A stretch of DNA of 64,000 bases, from NCBI GenBank assembly GCA_963514005.1, contig OY740800.1:9982001-10046000 (forward strand). Reading direction: 5' to 3'. The DNA is from Raja brachyura. Its lineage: Eukaryota. The notes under the pieces were generated by a model. It made no database searches. It was not told the origin of the DNA and worked only from the letters and a program-made list of their open reading frames with translations. Below are positions 1-13,090 of the stretch, piece by piece; positions within the stretch are counted from its first letter, which is position 1, and every line of letters starts with the position of its first letter. Made by a program: the position numbers and the translations under genes.

Positions 1-1399
1 GCTGCTCAGGCCGGGTCCACATCAACACCCCCCCCCCCCCCCCCCCCCGCTGGTCCCTCGCTCCCCACCCTCGCCTTTCCCACCACCCACCTCGCCTTTC
101 AAGGTGGGCCGCGGGCTCTCGCACCCAACTGGGCCCTCGCACGCCCCCCCCCCCCCCCACCCCACCATTGTTTCTGGTTGGCGGCGACGGCTGTAGTGTG
201 GGGTGACGGAGGGTCGGAGTGAATGGCGGGCCCCGTACAGCAGCAACAGTGGCGACTCCACCTCCTCATGCACCGTGCCAGCCTTCATAGCGGCCGCTGA
301 GTGCCACTCCGCCAACGACGGCAACCACTTTCAAAACAAACCCTCCTGCACGCCGAGGCTGGGAGGAGGGAGGGAGCAAGGAAAGAAGGGGGAGGCCCCC
401 TTCTGCCATCTGAAACACCTGCACCGCTCAGCCCCGCACCTTCCTGTTGGCTGGCGGAGGAGGGGAGACAGTGGCGAGGATTTCCCAACAGCCTCCCCCT
501 TTGGCGGTGGCACTTGGCAGTGGACAGGGATGGCCAAGGCTGCGGGGCGATGATGCCGGTGTTGACTGAACAGCACTGACCTTCCTTCCTCACCACCTCC
601 TCTGCCCCTTCCTCTCTCTCTCTCTCTCTTGTGCACCCCCCTGCACTCCCCCTTATCCTGGAACCCCTCCTCTCCACCCCACACTGATCCCCATTCCCCC
701 CTCTATTCAGTCCTCACTGACATCCCCTGTGCTCCCCTCCCCATCTATTCGTCCTGCACTGATCTCCCTATCCACCTCGCATTGATTCTCCTGCCACCAC
801 CACATCCATCCTACATTCATCCCTTTAAACATTGCCTAAAGAACATTTGCTGCATTTGATGCCCTTTGGCCATCTCTTGTCAGTTAGTGTAATGTTTAAC
901 CTGTCAGATGGTCGGTTTTAACAGCTATTATCATAAAATGCCTTCAGAAATGTCCTTGCAACTGGTATATTTTGTTGTGGATAAATTTTGTGGAAAGCGA
1001 GAGTGTTTCTGTACCAATAGCAATAACGACCCATGCTATGGCCATGTCATGATAATTTTCAGTCCTGCATCAATCTGTAGTGTGCATGGTTAAGCATATA
1101 TGTTACCATGGTCCAGTATTTATTGACACAGGTTGATCATATGCTGAATAATCCAACTACATTTATGTTTGGAAGTGGAAAGAAATAATAAAAATTGCAT
1201 TCATTGCAACGTGTAAAAAGAGTTGAGATAGTGTATTATAATTTTGCTGCATGTCATTGTGGTATATATCATGTCTTGATTGGTGAATATGTTTAGTTTG
1301 TGACTATTTGAAGCAGAAATAATATACGAATGCTTCATTGAGCATAATTCCAACTGGTAACCATGCACTTCGTCCGAGCACATTATTGCACGCGTCATC

Positions 1400-1501
1400 T
1401 AAGCCGTGTTAAATGACCATCTAAACTGTGATTTGGCAACCTAAAAAGCTGTCTAGGTTGCCCGGCTGGCAACAGGGGAAAAAAGTTAAGTGAGAGCCCT
1501 G
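1400..1501. mobile_element. Possible end of a hAT-like DNA transposon
   Basis: Reverse complement begins CAGGGCTCTCACTTAAC (hAT-like CAGGG terminus), with a subterminal hairpin ggcaaccta...taggttgcc (1435-1462). No partner end found. Confidence 0.35.
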
Positions 1502-1834
1502 GGGAGTGGAGAAGGGGGAGAAGAGTGGAGCGGGGGGAAGGGAAGGGCGGGGAGTGGAGAAGGAGGGATTGGAGTGGGAGGAGGGAAGTGGGGGGTGGAG
1601 GGGAGAGGGGAGCAGTCTAGACTCACTGAATCCATCCCTGTGAAAAATTAGAGATGGTGATTGGATCTGGAAGCGGACCAATACATCTGTAAATAAAACT
1701 GGACAGACATCTTTTCATTTGCACAATTGATTTTATTGTAGTCATTTTAATATATTAATGTTTAAAATCCATGCATTGAAGGAAGAATATTTTACAGCCC
1801 ATCTGTTGTCCGTAACCTCAACCCTAACCCTACC

Positions 1835-2066
1835 CGGTCACCACCCGCAGGGCAGCACACGTCAGCGTGTGACAGGGAGCATGACATGATGAGACACCCA
1901 GATGTCGCTCCTGGATTTTGAACATTCCAAAATCCAGAGGTGACAGGGAGTCACCGCGCGTCACTACATGCGTCACCATGCATCAGGCCGCGTCACGACC
2001 CGACCACGACTCGACAACCTTTTTTCAGGCTGTCGCCAAAAATGTCACCCAAGTGGGACAGGCCTT
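1835..2066. mobile_element. Partial PIF/Harbinger-type MITE (right TIR only)
   Basis: Ends aagtgggacaggcctt, the same TIR as 53838-54356. Internal palindrome ctggattttg-aacatt-ccaaaatccag. Confidence 0.6.
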
Positions 2067-3007
2067 TCACGCTGCGAAACATGAGGGCAAGGCTTTCGAA
2101 GGCGGAGTCGGCGGCATACACTTGTCAAGAATTATTGTTTTTTGTATCTAAATGCAATATCTTCTTTCTTAGGTGCTTGCATTAAATATATGATTATTTG
2201 CTGCATTTCTTGTGGCACCACACTGACATTTGCCTTTACAATGTCACTATCTAGTTACTTTTTAACACTTTTCTACCAAAGATAATCTCTCATTTTTCTA
2301 TATTATACTACATACTTCAGCAACAAACAGTTCCCACCAAGGTGCAAAACTCAACGCCACAGGAGATCCTTTTCCCCTGTAGCTTTCTGTCATGGGGTAG
2401 ACTAACCCCCCCCCTTACACATGCCTCCCCCCAACTTTGCACATCTATCCTGGGTTTTTCCACTAAAAAATTAAATTTCATGTTTGTGCAATAGTAAATA
2501 TGTGCTGTACAATAACTGGTCACTTAAATTACCATATTATTATAATGAACATGACACTTTCAAAGCATTGTAAGTGTATCTGTTGACTGTTGACCAACCA
2601 ATGTCCCTCTGGGATAAACAAACGTATCGTATCCATTTGCTGACCCTCATCCTGGCTCACTTCCCCGCCCAGATTTGTGCTTTCAGTAGCTTTAGATATG
2701 TTTGTATCATTTAATCTAAGCGAGTAAAATCATTTAACATAAAATCTCTGCTCAAGCAAATAGATTTTTGAGTGAGCCTTTAAAGTGGCACCTTGTCAAT
2801 TGTCTTTCTAATAAGTATATAAATGTCAATCTAATAAGTTCCTCATCATTTATCTTCCTGGTTACATCCTCACACAAATACATTTATCAAACACGATTTG
2901 CTTTTGTAAAGCCACATTGATTTTGCTTAATTATTTTATTATTTTCTAAATCACGGGTTCCCCTAGTTTACTGCTGAATCCAACGTTTTGCAAACAACTG
3001 ACATCTA

Positions 3008-4126
3008 ATGTTAATGTTCATCGATTACAGCTCAGCATTCAACACCATTATACCATCAAAATTGATCGCCAAGCTCGGTAATCTGTGCATCGCTCCTTCC
3101 CTCTGCAACTGGATACTGGACTTTCTAACCAACAGACCCCAGTCTGTTAGGTTAGACAAGCACACCTCTTCAACCCTCACCCTGAACACCGGCGTTCCAC
3201 AGGGCTGTGTGCTGAGCCCCCTCCTCTACTCCCTCTTCACCTATGACTGCACACCTGTACATGGTACTAACACCATCATCAAGTATGCAGATGATACAAC
3301 GGTGATTGGTCTCATCAGCAACAACGATGAGTCGGCCTACAGGGAGGAGGTCCAGCACTTAGCAGCATGGTGCACTGACAACAACCTGGCCCTTAACTCC
3401 AAGAAGACCAAGGAGCTCATTGTAGACTTCAGGAAGTCCAGGGGCGGCACGCACACCCCCATCCACATTAACGGTACGGAGGTGGAACGTGTTTCTAGCT
3501 TCAAGTTCCTGGGAGTCAACCTCTCCGACGACCTCTCTTGGACCCACAATACCTCAACTCTGATCAAGAAGGCTCACCAGCGTCTCTTCTTCCTGAGGAG
3601 ACTGAAGAAGGTCCATCTGTCTCCTCAGATCCTGGTGAACTTCTACCGCTGCACCATCGAGAGCATCCTTACCAACTGCATCACAGTTTGGTATGGCAAC
3701 TGCTCTGTCTCCGACCGGAAGGCATTGCAGAGGGTGGTGAAAATTGCCTAACGCATCACCGGTTCCTCGCTCCCCTCCATTGAGTCTGTCCAAAGCAAGC
3801 GTTGTCTGCGGAGGGTGCTCAGCATCGCCAAGGACCTCTCTCACCCCAACCATGGACTGTTTACCCTCCTACCATCTGGGAGGCGCTACAGGTCTCTCCG
3901 TTGCCGAACCAGCAGGTCCAGGAACAGCTTCTTTCCGGCGGCTGTCACGCTACTCAACAACGTACCTCGGTGACTGCCAATCACCCCCCCCCCGGACACT
4001 TATTGTTATTTATTCAAATCATTTGCTGTGTCGCTCCTCCAGGGAGATGCTAAATGCATTTCGTTGTCTCTGTACTGTACACTGACAATGACAATTAAAA
4101 TTGAATCTGAATCTGAATCTAAATCT
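3008..4126 (+). mobile_element. 5'-truncated Rex1/Babar-type LINE
   Basis: ORF 3008-3751 has RT motifs [28 protein letters not shown] and FKFLG. Ends in a (GAATCT)n tail. Confidence 0.9.
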
Positions 4127-4384
4127 GTTATTCTTTATAATTGTTTTCCTGAATCAGTCTTAAATCATCTAGATTATATTATATTCCTGTGATACTAATT
4201 ACTGTTCTTTAAATTCCTCATGTCATTAATTCCTTGGTTTTGCACTATTTTTGCTTTGTTCATGTTTTTTTCTGCAATGAAGCCAGAAACAATGTTTTAA
4301 TGGCACAGCCATTTTAATATTGTTCCAAGTAATTACTTTGCTTTTGCCCCTAAAAGACCCATATTTATTTTTTGCAATTATCTT

Positions 4385-4918
4385 CCAGAAATCAGAGGTG
4401 CAAAGGGACTTGGGAGCGCTGGTGCAGGGTTCCCAAAAGGTTAATCTGCAAGTTGAATCGGTAGTAAAGAAAGCAAACTCAATGCTAGCATTTATTTCAA
4501 AAGGGCTTGTATACAAAAACAGGAATGTGATGTTGAGGCGCTGGTCAGGCTGCATTTGGAATATTGTGGGCAATTTTGGGCACCATATCTGAGGAAGAAT
4601 GTGCTGGCTCTTGAAAGGATCCAGAGGAGGTTTACAAAAATGATCCCAGGAATTAGAAGGTTAACCTATGACTAGCGTTTGTCGGCGCTGAGCCTGTACA
4701 TGCTGGAGTTTAGAAGAGTGAGGGGGTACATTGAAACATACAGAATAAGGGAAGGCTTGGATAGAGCGGATGTGGAGAGGATATTTCTACTGGTGGGAGA
4801 TCATAGCCTCAGAATTAAAGGACGTTCTTTTAGGAAGGAGATGAGGCGAAATTTCTTTAGTCAGAGGGCGGTGAATCTGTGGAATTCTTTACCACAGAAG
4901 GTTGTGGAGGCTAAGTAA
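4385..4918 (+). mobile_element. Degraded CR1 (HER1-like) LINE fragment
   Basis: Frameshifted pieces QRDLGALV..KKANSMLAFI and LEFRRVRG..RRNFFSQRAVNLWNSLP. Confidence 0.85.
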
Positions 4919-5267
4919 TTTCACGATGTACATTTGAGTTGTGAATTCAAATTCACCTGCACTGAACAGATTGTACCACACCATACAAGCCTTTGCTCAT
5001 TGAAGGATTCGCTTCAATCTTTTGGTTACATATGCTTTTGTATCTTAAAAACATTTAATTCAAGCTGCAGGTATCCTGTTTAGCATGGCATATGTACAAT
5101 GTCTTTATAATCTCTTCATAGCAAGTTCAATGAACTAAGTTGTACATTGGCAGAGTCTTGTGTGTAGAACCTTTATGACTTTTGCCGTTTCATCCGCACA
5201 GTTGACTAAAATAAGGGGTTTCAACTTCACAAAGCACCTTGGCCTGCAGAAATATGTGGCATCAAAT

Positions 5268-6465
5268 AGAAACATTGAAACATAGAAATTAGGTGCAGGA
5301 GTAGGCCATTCGGCCCTTCGAGCCTGCACCGCCATTCAATATGATCATGGCTGATCATCCAACTCAGTATCCCGTACCTGCCTTCTCTCCATACCCTCTG
5401 ATCCCCTTAGCCACAAGGGCCACATCTAACTCCCTCTTAAATATAGCCAATGAACTGGCCTCAACTACCCTCTGTGGCAGAGAGTTCCAGAGACCCACCA
5501 CTCTCTGTGTGAAAAAAGTCCTTCTCATCTCGGTCCTAAAGGATTTCCCCCTTATCCTTAAGTTGTGACCCCTTGTCCTGGACCTCCCCAACATCGGGAA
5601 CAATCTTCCTGCATCTAGCCTGTCCAACCCCTTAAGAATTTTGTAAGTTTCTATAAGATCCCCTCTCAATCTCCTAAATTCTAGAGAGTATAAACCGAGT
5701 CTATCCAGTCTTTCTTCATAAGACAGTCCTGATATCCCAGGAATCAGTCTGGTGAACCTTCTCTGCACTCCCTCTATGGCAATAATGTCCTTCCTCAGAT
5801 TTGGAGACCAGAACTGTACGCAATACTCCAGGTGTGGTCTCACCAAGACCCTATACAACTGAAGTAGAACCTCCCTGCTCCTATATTCAAATCCTTTCGC
5901 TATGAAAGCTAACATACCATTCGCTTTCTTCACTGCTTGCTGTACCTGCATGCCTACTTTCAATGACTGGTGTACCATGACACCCAGGTCGCGCTGCATC
6001 TTCCCTTTTCCTAATCGGCCACCATTTAGATAATAGTCTGCTTTCCTGTTTTTGCCACCAAAGTGAATAACCTCACAGGTTATCCAGTGTTAGCTGTGAG
6101 CATCCTCTTCACAGCTAACACTGCCCCCCAGTTTAGTGTCATCCACAAACTCGGAGATATTGCCTTCAATTCCCTCATCCAGATCATTAATGTATATTGT
6201 AAATAGCTGGGGTCCCAGCACTGAGCCTTGCAGTACCCCACTAGTCACTGCCTGCCATTGTGAAAAGGACCCGTTTACTCTTACTCTTTGCTTCCTGTTT
6301 GCCAGCCAGTTCTCTATCCACATCAATACTAAACCCCCAATGCCGTATGCTTTAAGTTTGTATACTAATCTCTTATGTGGGACCTTGTCGAAAGCCTTCT
6401 GGAAGTCCAGATACACCACACCCACTGGTTCTCCCCCATCCACTCTACTAGTTACATCCTCGAAG
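5268..6465 (-). mobile_element. CR1 (HER1-like) LINE 3' part with an internal deletion
   Basis: ORFs 6090-6497 ([19 protein letters not shown]) and 5364-5999 (RPHLEYCVQFWSP). The 3' tail is (TTTCTATG)-like. Confidence 0.92.
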
Positions 6466-6609
6466 ATTAATGATCTTCGTTGACATCTACCTTTCAAGTT
6501 TTGTTGGTAACTCTCACTGGCTGATCAATCATAAATAGCTTTGTACCAATTGCTAGGAGATAGTGAGGTCAAGAAACGGTAGGGAAATGTCGAAAATTGT
6601 CGAGGTGTA

Positions 6610-7845
6610 TTGCACCCACACACAACTCACTGACTTCATCTATTTCACCACTAACTTCCATCCAGCACTCAAATACACCTGGACCATTTCCGACATTTCC
6701 CTACCATTTCTTGACCTCATTATCTCCATCGCAGGTGATAGACTACTGACCGACATCCACTATAAACCTACTGACTCCCATGGCTATCGAGACTACACTT
6801 CTTCCCACCCTGCTTCCTGTAAGGACTCCATCCCTTACTCCCAATTCCTCCGTCGACGCCACATCTGCACCCAGGATGAGGTGTTCCACACCAGGGCATT
6901 GGAAATGTCCTTATTCTTCAGGAAACGGGGGTTCCCCTCTTCTACTATAGATGAGGCTCTCACCAGGGTCTCTTCTATACCCCATAACTCTGCTCTCACT
7001 CCCCATCCCCCCACTCGTAACAAGGGCAGAGTCCCCCTTGTCCTCACCTTCCACCCTACCAGCCATCACATACAACAAATAATCCTCCGACATTTTCGCC
7101 ACCTCCAACAGGATCCCACCACTGGCCACATCTTCCCATCTCCTCCCCTGTCTGCTTTCTGCAGAGACCGCTCCCTCCATAACTCCCTGGTCAATTCGTC
7201 CCTTCCCACCCAAACTACCCCCTCTCCTGGCACTTTCCCTTGCAACCGCAGGAAATGCTACACTTGTCGCTTTACCTCCCCCCTTCACTCCATTCAAGGA
7301 GCCAAGCAGTCTTTCCAGGTGCGGCAGAGGTTCACCTGCACCTCCTCCAACCTCATCTATTGCATCCGCTGCTCCAGATGTCAGCTGCTCTATATCGGTG
7401 AGACCAAGCGTAGGCTTGGCGATCGCTTCGCCCAACACCTCCGCTCGGTTCGCATTAATCGACCTGATCTCATGATGGCTCAGCACTTCAACTCCCCCTT
7501 ACATTCCGAATCCGACCTTTCTGTCCTGGCCAGAATGAGGATCACCGTAAATTGGAGGAGCAGCACCTCATATTTTGCTTTGGCAGTTTGCACCCCAGCG
7601 GTATGAACATTGATTTCTGCTTTCTCCTCACCTTCTCAGCTCTCCCTCAGCCCACTGTCTCCGCCACTTCCTTTCCTCTTCCCATCCCCCCCCACCCCCA
7701 CCCTCACATCAGTCTGAAGAAGGGTCTTGACCCGAAACGTTGCCTATTTCCTTCGCTCCATAGATGCTGCCTCACCTGCTGAGTTTCTCCGGCATTTTTG
7801 TCTACCTTCGATTTTCCAGCATCTGCAGTTCCTTCTTAAATACTT
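6610..7845 (+). mobile_element. Penelope-like element (RT C-terminus + GIY-YIG endonuclease + terminal repeat)
   Basis: ORF 6563-7606 has PFLDL, YKPTDSH and NLIYCIRCSRCQLLYIGETKRRLGDRFAQH. It is followed by the recurring terminal repeat at 7712-7842. Confidence 0.92.
7711..7745 (+). ncRNA. Minimal hammerhead-ribozyme-like motif in the Penelope terminal repeat
   Basis: CTGAAGA-A-GGGT(CTTG)ACCC-GAAAC-GTT: CUGANGA box, stem II, GAAA, and palindromic AACGTT in place of stem III. Stem I is weak. Confidence 0.5.
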
Positions 7846-8259
7846 AAACCCATTGATATTTTCTCAAGGTGGCTGCTATCCAGCACACTTCCTCCCCATC
7901 TCCCAGTTATTAATATTAAAAGGTGACAAAGTTCTAAACTAAATTTAGAATTTTAATAATATTGCTCTTTGCATGACAGTTATCTTTTGAGGGTCACAAT
8001 TCCGTCCAGTCCAGCTGCCATCTGGCATACAATTTCATTGCGGAAAAATATGCAGGAAATGGCCAACACTTTTCCCAGGAAGGCTACATTTATTTTTAGT
8101 TGACACATGTTATGTTACCTTTGTATATTACAATTCTTTGGCACTTTATATTCTTGCTTGGATGTGTTGAGTGTGAACTTTTCACCACTATCAACTGTAT
8201 TTAGTAGACATTCAATTTTTGAACATACTTCCCCTGAACTTGACATCTTCTTCATTTTC

Positions 8260-8590
8260 GAAATTGCCTCATAGCATCTTCAATAATGTTGTAATTTTAA
8301 ACAGAGAAGAACATTCCCACAACATTAGTGGTGGTGCAAGGAAATCTGAGTGAGAGCGAATTGCTCCCCAAATTAATGAGAACATTTCCGACTCCTCACC
8401 CAGAGCTGCCACTTTACTCTTTCCTCATATCAACTGAGAAGTCTTCTGCTCAATGTCTCGCGTGACTGGTAGCATTGATAGTGCAGTAACATCTCAGTAT
8501 TGTAGTATTCGATTCTACCTTGACTTTGTACTGGAATGGAGTTGAACTTCAGGCTTGGAGGCAACAGTGCAGGTGAACCAAGCTGACATG
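8260..8590 (-). mobile_element. Highly degraded DeuSINE/SacSINE-like relic
   Basis: Weak resemblance to the copy at 51550-51846. Confidence 0.3.
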
Positions 8591-8706
8591 TCTAGGTTTA
8601 TAAATACATTGCAAATGATCAGAATCGTACAGATCAAAGTTGACTCAATCTGTTCAGCCAAACACAACAAGCAGCGGTTGGGATGCTTGTGGCTCGTAAA
8701 GCTTCT

Positions 8707-9032
8707 GGGCGGTCACAGTGGCGCAGCGGTAGAGTTGCTGCCTTACCGCGAATGCAGTGCTGGAGACCTGGGTTCAATCCCCACTACAGGTGCTGCCTGT
8801 ACGGAGTTTGTACATTCTCCCCTTGACCTGCATGGGTTTTCTCCGAGATCTTCTGTTTCCTCCCACACTCCAAAGACGTACAGGTGTGTAGGTTAATTGG
8901 CTTGGTAAATGTAAAAATTGTCCCTAGTGGATGTAGGATGGTGTTAATGTGCGGGGATCGCTGGTCAGCGCGGACCAGGTGGGCCGAAAGGCCTGTTTGC
9001 GCGCTGTCTAAACTAAACTAACTTAACTAAAC
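8707..9032 (+). mobile_element. tRNA-derived V-SINE (HE1-like), near full length
   Basis: A box tggcgcagcggt, B box ggttcaatcc, V-core tgtacggagtttgtacattctcccc, (AAACT)n tail. Confidence 0.9.
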
Positions 9033-10439
9033 AAAGGAAAGCATAACAAGGGGATGTTTTCTATCTCTGATTGTCCAAAACGTTCTTCAGGATGATACGT
9101 GTGGGTGTGAGATAAGATCTTCTCATCTAATGGTCAACCAAGATCTTGTTGAGGGGCAGAGATAGCACAAGGAGCCATATGGACTATTCCTATTTCTTAG
9201 GTTGTTTTGTGAATAAACAACCTATTGACATCAACCAATTTGACACATGTGAAAATATCTTACTTGTGTTACCAGTGTTGTCATAGTCGAGTAGGCCAGG
9301 TGGAGATGGGAAAAGGAGTATGTTGGAAAAAAGAAATGAAAGGAAAGTATAATTGCAGTAAGACAAACGAGTGGAATATATACAAAAACAATAGAAATCA
9401 TCTTAAAATAGAGCAAAGAGGGGTCTGGTAACTAGAGTTAAAGATGATGCCTGGGATCAATAACGTTTTCATTTCGGCCTTCCATAAAGATGTGGTCTAA
9501 TAATTTTGAGTTATGGTCTCACTTCCTGTCCAACACAAGTGTATTGTTAATCTGTTTTGTGGAAACATTGCAGCGATGTCCAGATTAGACAGACAAGGAA
9601 ATGGGGAAGAATTTAGAATTCAGAAGTTTTATGTAAAAAGTGCAGACATAAGTTATTAATATTATGGGTTAGCATACATTTTATATTTTTAGACACCAAA
9701 CATTCTTTGTTCTTACATGAAAGGAGCTGAGCCTATTTTGAGCTGCTTTCAGATCTTGATTGATTCCAACAAATCTGCTGGTAATAGTATTTCCTCCTAC
9801 TTTGCCTAAGTATCAAAGCATGCGAGAATAAAATATGAAAGGATTTTTGTGCAAACTTGTCCAAATTATCAAAAATAATGTGCCCATCCATGAATCATGC
9901 TAAATTTGCAAACTAGCATTTTGAGTTTGATAAACTACTAAAAAATCTACCTGTTCAAATAACTAGTACTTAGGAAATCTTGTTTATTGGGAATGTAATT
10001 GAATATTAAGCTAAGCTGCAAAATGAGAAAAAGAAGCCCATTTTGATCTGATCTCACTTATTAGGAAACTGATCTCTTTACAGCTTTAATAGGTACACAT
10101 TTAAAAACTGTGATGAATGTGACATATGAGAAGACGTATTTGTTATGAGACATTTTAGCACATGTAAAAAATGTCTTCATTATATGCCTGAGAAAATAAG
10201 CATATTGTTTTGCAGATTAATGCAGCAACGTGATCATTTCTGCTTTGCGATTGCATGGATTGAGGGTAATATGATATGACTGCACACTATATCACAAGGA
10301 CAGCTCATTTAAATGTTGTGGTTGGAAAGTAAGGAGGAAAAAAGATCTAGTTAATGGGGTATCAAGAGAGATTGATTCTTAGAGGGCTGTTATGTTACAA
10401 GTACAGTCCTGCATGTGAAGAGATGGAAGAAATAGTAAC

Positions 10440-10830
10440 CTCAGCATCCTGTGATCCTATTCCAATCTTTTCAGCCACAATGCTGCCCATCGCTTTCAAG
10501 TGGTTTCCTGATGGAGTGGCTCTAATTGGCAGGAGAAATGGAAAACTGTTCAACTTGCATCACCTCCACTCCAGAACGAAGACCACTTTAACCTCACTCA
10601 TCAAGCATCATGACATAGAAGGTGTTTGTGTACGTTTGTGCATGCCTGACACCAGGCTACCGAACTAGTCACTCCAAGCCTTGTAATGATAAGAATTTTC
10701 CAGGTTAACAGAGGAAGCAAGTCAATTATATATTCATAAGCCCACTTGGAATACATATAACATGCTCCTGACTCAAGGGGATCAAAACTACAGAGAATGG
10801 TCACTCTCTTCATTGCGTATTTTCTTCAAC
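10440..10830 (+). mobile_element. Degraded RTE (BovB-like) LINE fragment
   Basis: GVALIGRRNGKLFNLHHLHSRTKTT resembles the RTE motif upstream of YADD. Confidence 0.65.
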
Positions 10831-11192
10831 AGACATCGATGACAAGATCCTAATAAAATGTCTACATAACTAACTTTTTTGCTGTTTGATAAATATGTTT
10901 CACATATGCACTGTCGGAAAATGTACGGGTTAAAAGCTATTGCTAATCCATCATTTGAATGTGCACAGAAGCCAAGTTTTTGACTCCTTTAATAAGGTGT
11001 GTCATGCAGTCAAATGTAACATGAAAGAATTAATGGCCCAAGGTCTAGCAGCCTTGCTCAGAATTTCTTAACTGAGAGGGTTACAATAATGGTAGGTTGT
11101 ATATTTATTGAATGTTTTCTTTAGTAAGTATTTCTTGCTTCAATAATTAAAAGATTAATCCATCCTAAAAGGCCTTTATTTTTTCTTCAAAG

Positions 11193-11295
11193 GTTAGAAA
11201 ACCTACGCAACAAGTTGGTGCCAATTTATTCGTACGACCCTAGTGAGGATCGTAATAATGTGGAAGAAGAAATAGATAATAATGGAGAAATAAAA
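11193..11295 (+). CDS. Internal exon of a SMIM29/C3orf18-family small membrane protein
   Basis: ttttttcttcaaag|G TTA GAA AAC ... ATA AAA|gtaagt, 103 nt, phase 2/0. Encodes (R)LENLRNKLVPIYSYDPSEDRNNVEEEIDNNGEIK, matching the family motif (SMIM29 [20 protein letters not shown]; C3orf18 [20 protein letters not shown], both recalled). Confidence 0.85.
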
Positions 11296-12456
11296 GTAAG
11301 TACATCCATTGAGAATTTATATTTTACTTGATGGAGTGTATTACAAGTGAAGGATGCCCACATTGTTTAAAAACTCCTTCTCCTGAACAGCCAGTGAGCA
11401 AAAGCACTTCATGATATAAAGTCTGACAAAACAGAAAATTAATTACAGATTCTCAAATTAGTTGATCCGAACTATAGTTGCAATTATATTGTTACAGTCA
11501 GACACATTTCCCAGAAAGTGGAAAAGTTAGCCAAAGTTCTAGCTTCTGCTAACTTTCGAGTAGTCCCTTGTGCATGTTCAAACTTTGGATAAAGATAGAT
11601 TGGGTTTTGCTTTGATGTTACCACAGAACATGCATCTTGTTAGCATTTGCAATTTTAGCTCTTGCCCTAGGTTTATTCCAGATGAGTGGTTCTCATCCTG
11701 GAGTTCACAGCCAGCATAGTGGGCATCAAAGATCGCAGAGCTTTAGAAGGCTTTAATATCATTAAGTTAAATTCATTAGAAAGTTCACAGAATCATAAAA
11801 CTAAACTCATGTTAGTGCAGTCCCCAGGCATCTCTGAGATAGTTTCAGTATTTTAAAAGGAGCAACCATAATGACAGGAGACATTCATGGTGGGGGCTCG
11901 AGTTCTCTCAGATGTGAGCAAGTGGAGTTTCCTTCATAAAAAGAGTTTGGCACCAGATGGCAGTACATGGAACTATCTGAGAAAGAGTTGATATCCTCAG
12001 AAGAAATATAACTGCAGAGAAGATTGACAAAAAGAAAGACATCAGTGTGCACATGGAACATTACAGTAATTCTGACCTCTGTACTTCCATAGTAAATGAT
12101 GATAGAACATAGAACATGAAAAAGCACAGCATGCAAACAGGCTCTTTGGCCCACCATGCCTGCACCAACAGTCATGCTATATAACTAATCCCATCTGCCT
12201 GCAAATGACACTTATCCCTCTATTTCCTGCCTGTTCATGTATCTGTCCAAATGCTTCTTAAATGTTGCCATCGCACCTGCTTCTGTCACCTTCCCTGTCA
12301 GCATGTTGTTCTGTGGGTAAAAGAACTGGCCTCACAAATCTCTTTTAAACGTCCCCCTCTCGCCTTAAATCCATGCCTTCTGGTAAATGACATTTCCACC
12401 CTTTGGAAAAAATAACTGAATATCTACTTGTCTATGCCTCATAATTAAAAAATATA

Positions 12457-12778
12457 CAGGTGCTCTCCGAGTTACGAATACGTTCACTTAAGATAATGTA
12501 ACTTTACGCAAATTCGCTCAGACATATTTAAAGCGAGTAATTATAATAATAACGTATTTCGTGGTATTCATTCATGACAGGATACAGTGTATGTTGTATT
12601 TGTTTAATTACGGGTGGTACAAGGGTGATTATTAAATAAAGTGAAAACATTATGGAAAGTGTATGCATACTATTACAATGTGGTTGACTATAAAAATGGA
12701 CATTCCTGACTTTCAGAGAAAGCAGCTTTTCAACAGTTGTCAGAAATAGAACCCATATGTAACCTGAGAACTGTTCTG
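12457..12778. mobile_element. Tigger/pogo-type (Tc1/mariner superfamily) non-autonomous DNA element
   Basis: TA|CAGGTGCTCTCCGAGTTACG ... TGTAACCTGAGAACTGTTCTG|TA: imperfect TIRs and a TA duplication. The CR1 sequence resumes on both sides. Confidence 0.7.
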
Positions 12779-13090
12779 TACATTTATCAGGTCAACCCTC
12801 AACCTCCGATGCACCACAATCCAAGTTTGTCAAAGCTCTCCTTATTGCTAATACACTCAAATCTAGGCAATATCCTGGTGATCCTCTTCTGCACCCTCTC
12901 TAAAGCCTCCACATAATTACTGTAATGGGGTGACCAGCACTGCACATGACATGCCAACTTTTATACTCAATCTCCAGACGAGACCAATGAAGGCTGTATG
13001 CCTTTTCCCCCCACTCTAACCACTCGTATTGCCACCTTCCAGGAACAATGGGATTGCACCCCAAATCCTTCTGTCTATCAGTGCTCCTAA

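Noticed and set aside
22-684. Overlapping 90-130 aa ORFs on both strands
   Set aside because: GC-rich, low-complexity sequence depleted of stop codons, with no recognisable domain.
1814-1835. Telomere-like (AACCCT) repeats
   Set aside because: Only about three imperfect units adjoining a MITE remnant, too few to call an interstitial telomere.
8707-8790. tRNA gene (A and B boxes)
   Set aside because: This is the tRNA-derived head of a V-SINE, followed by the SINE core and tail. The same applies at 15843, 28394 and 48605.
11096-11123. Possible micro-exon (VVYLLNVFF) before the 11193 exon
   Set aside because: Poor acceptor, wrong phase (1 rather than 2), and no basic KKKR motif.
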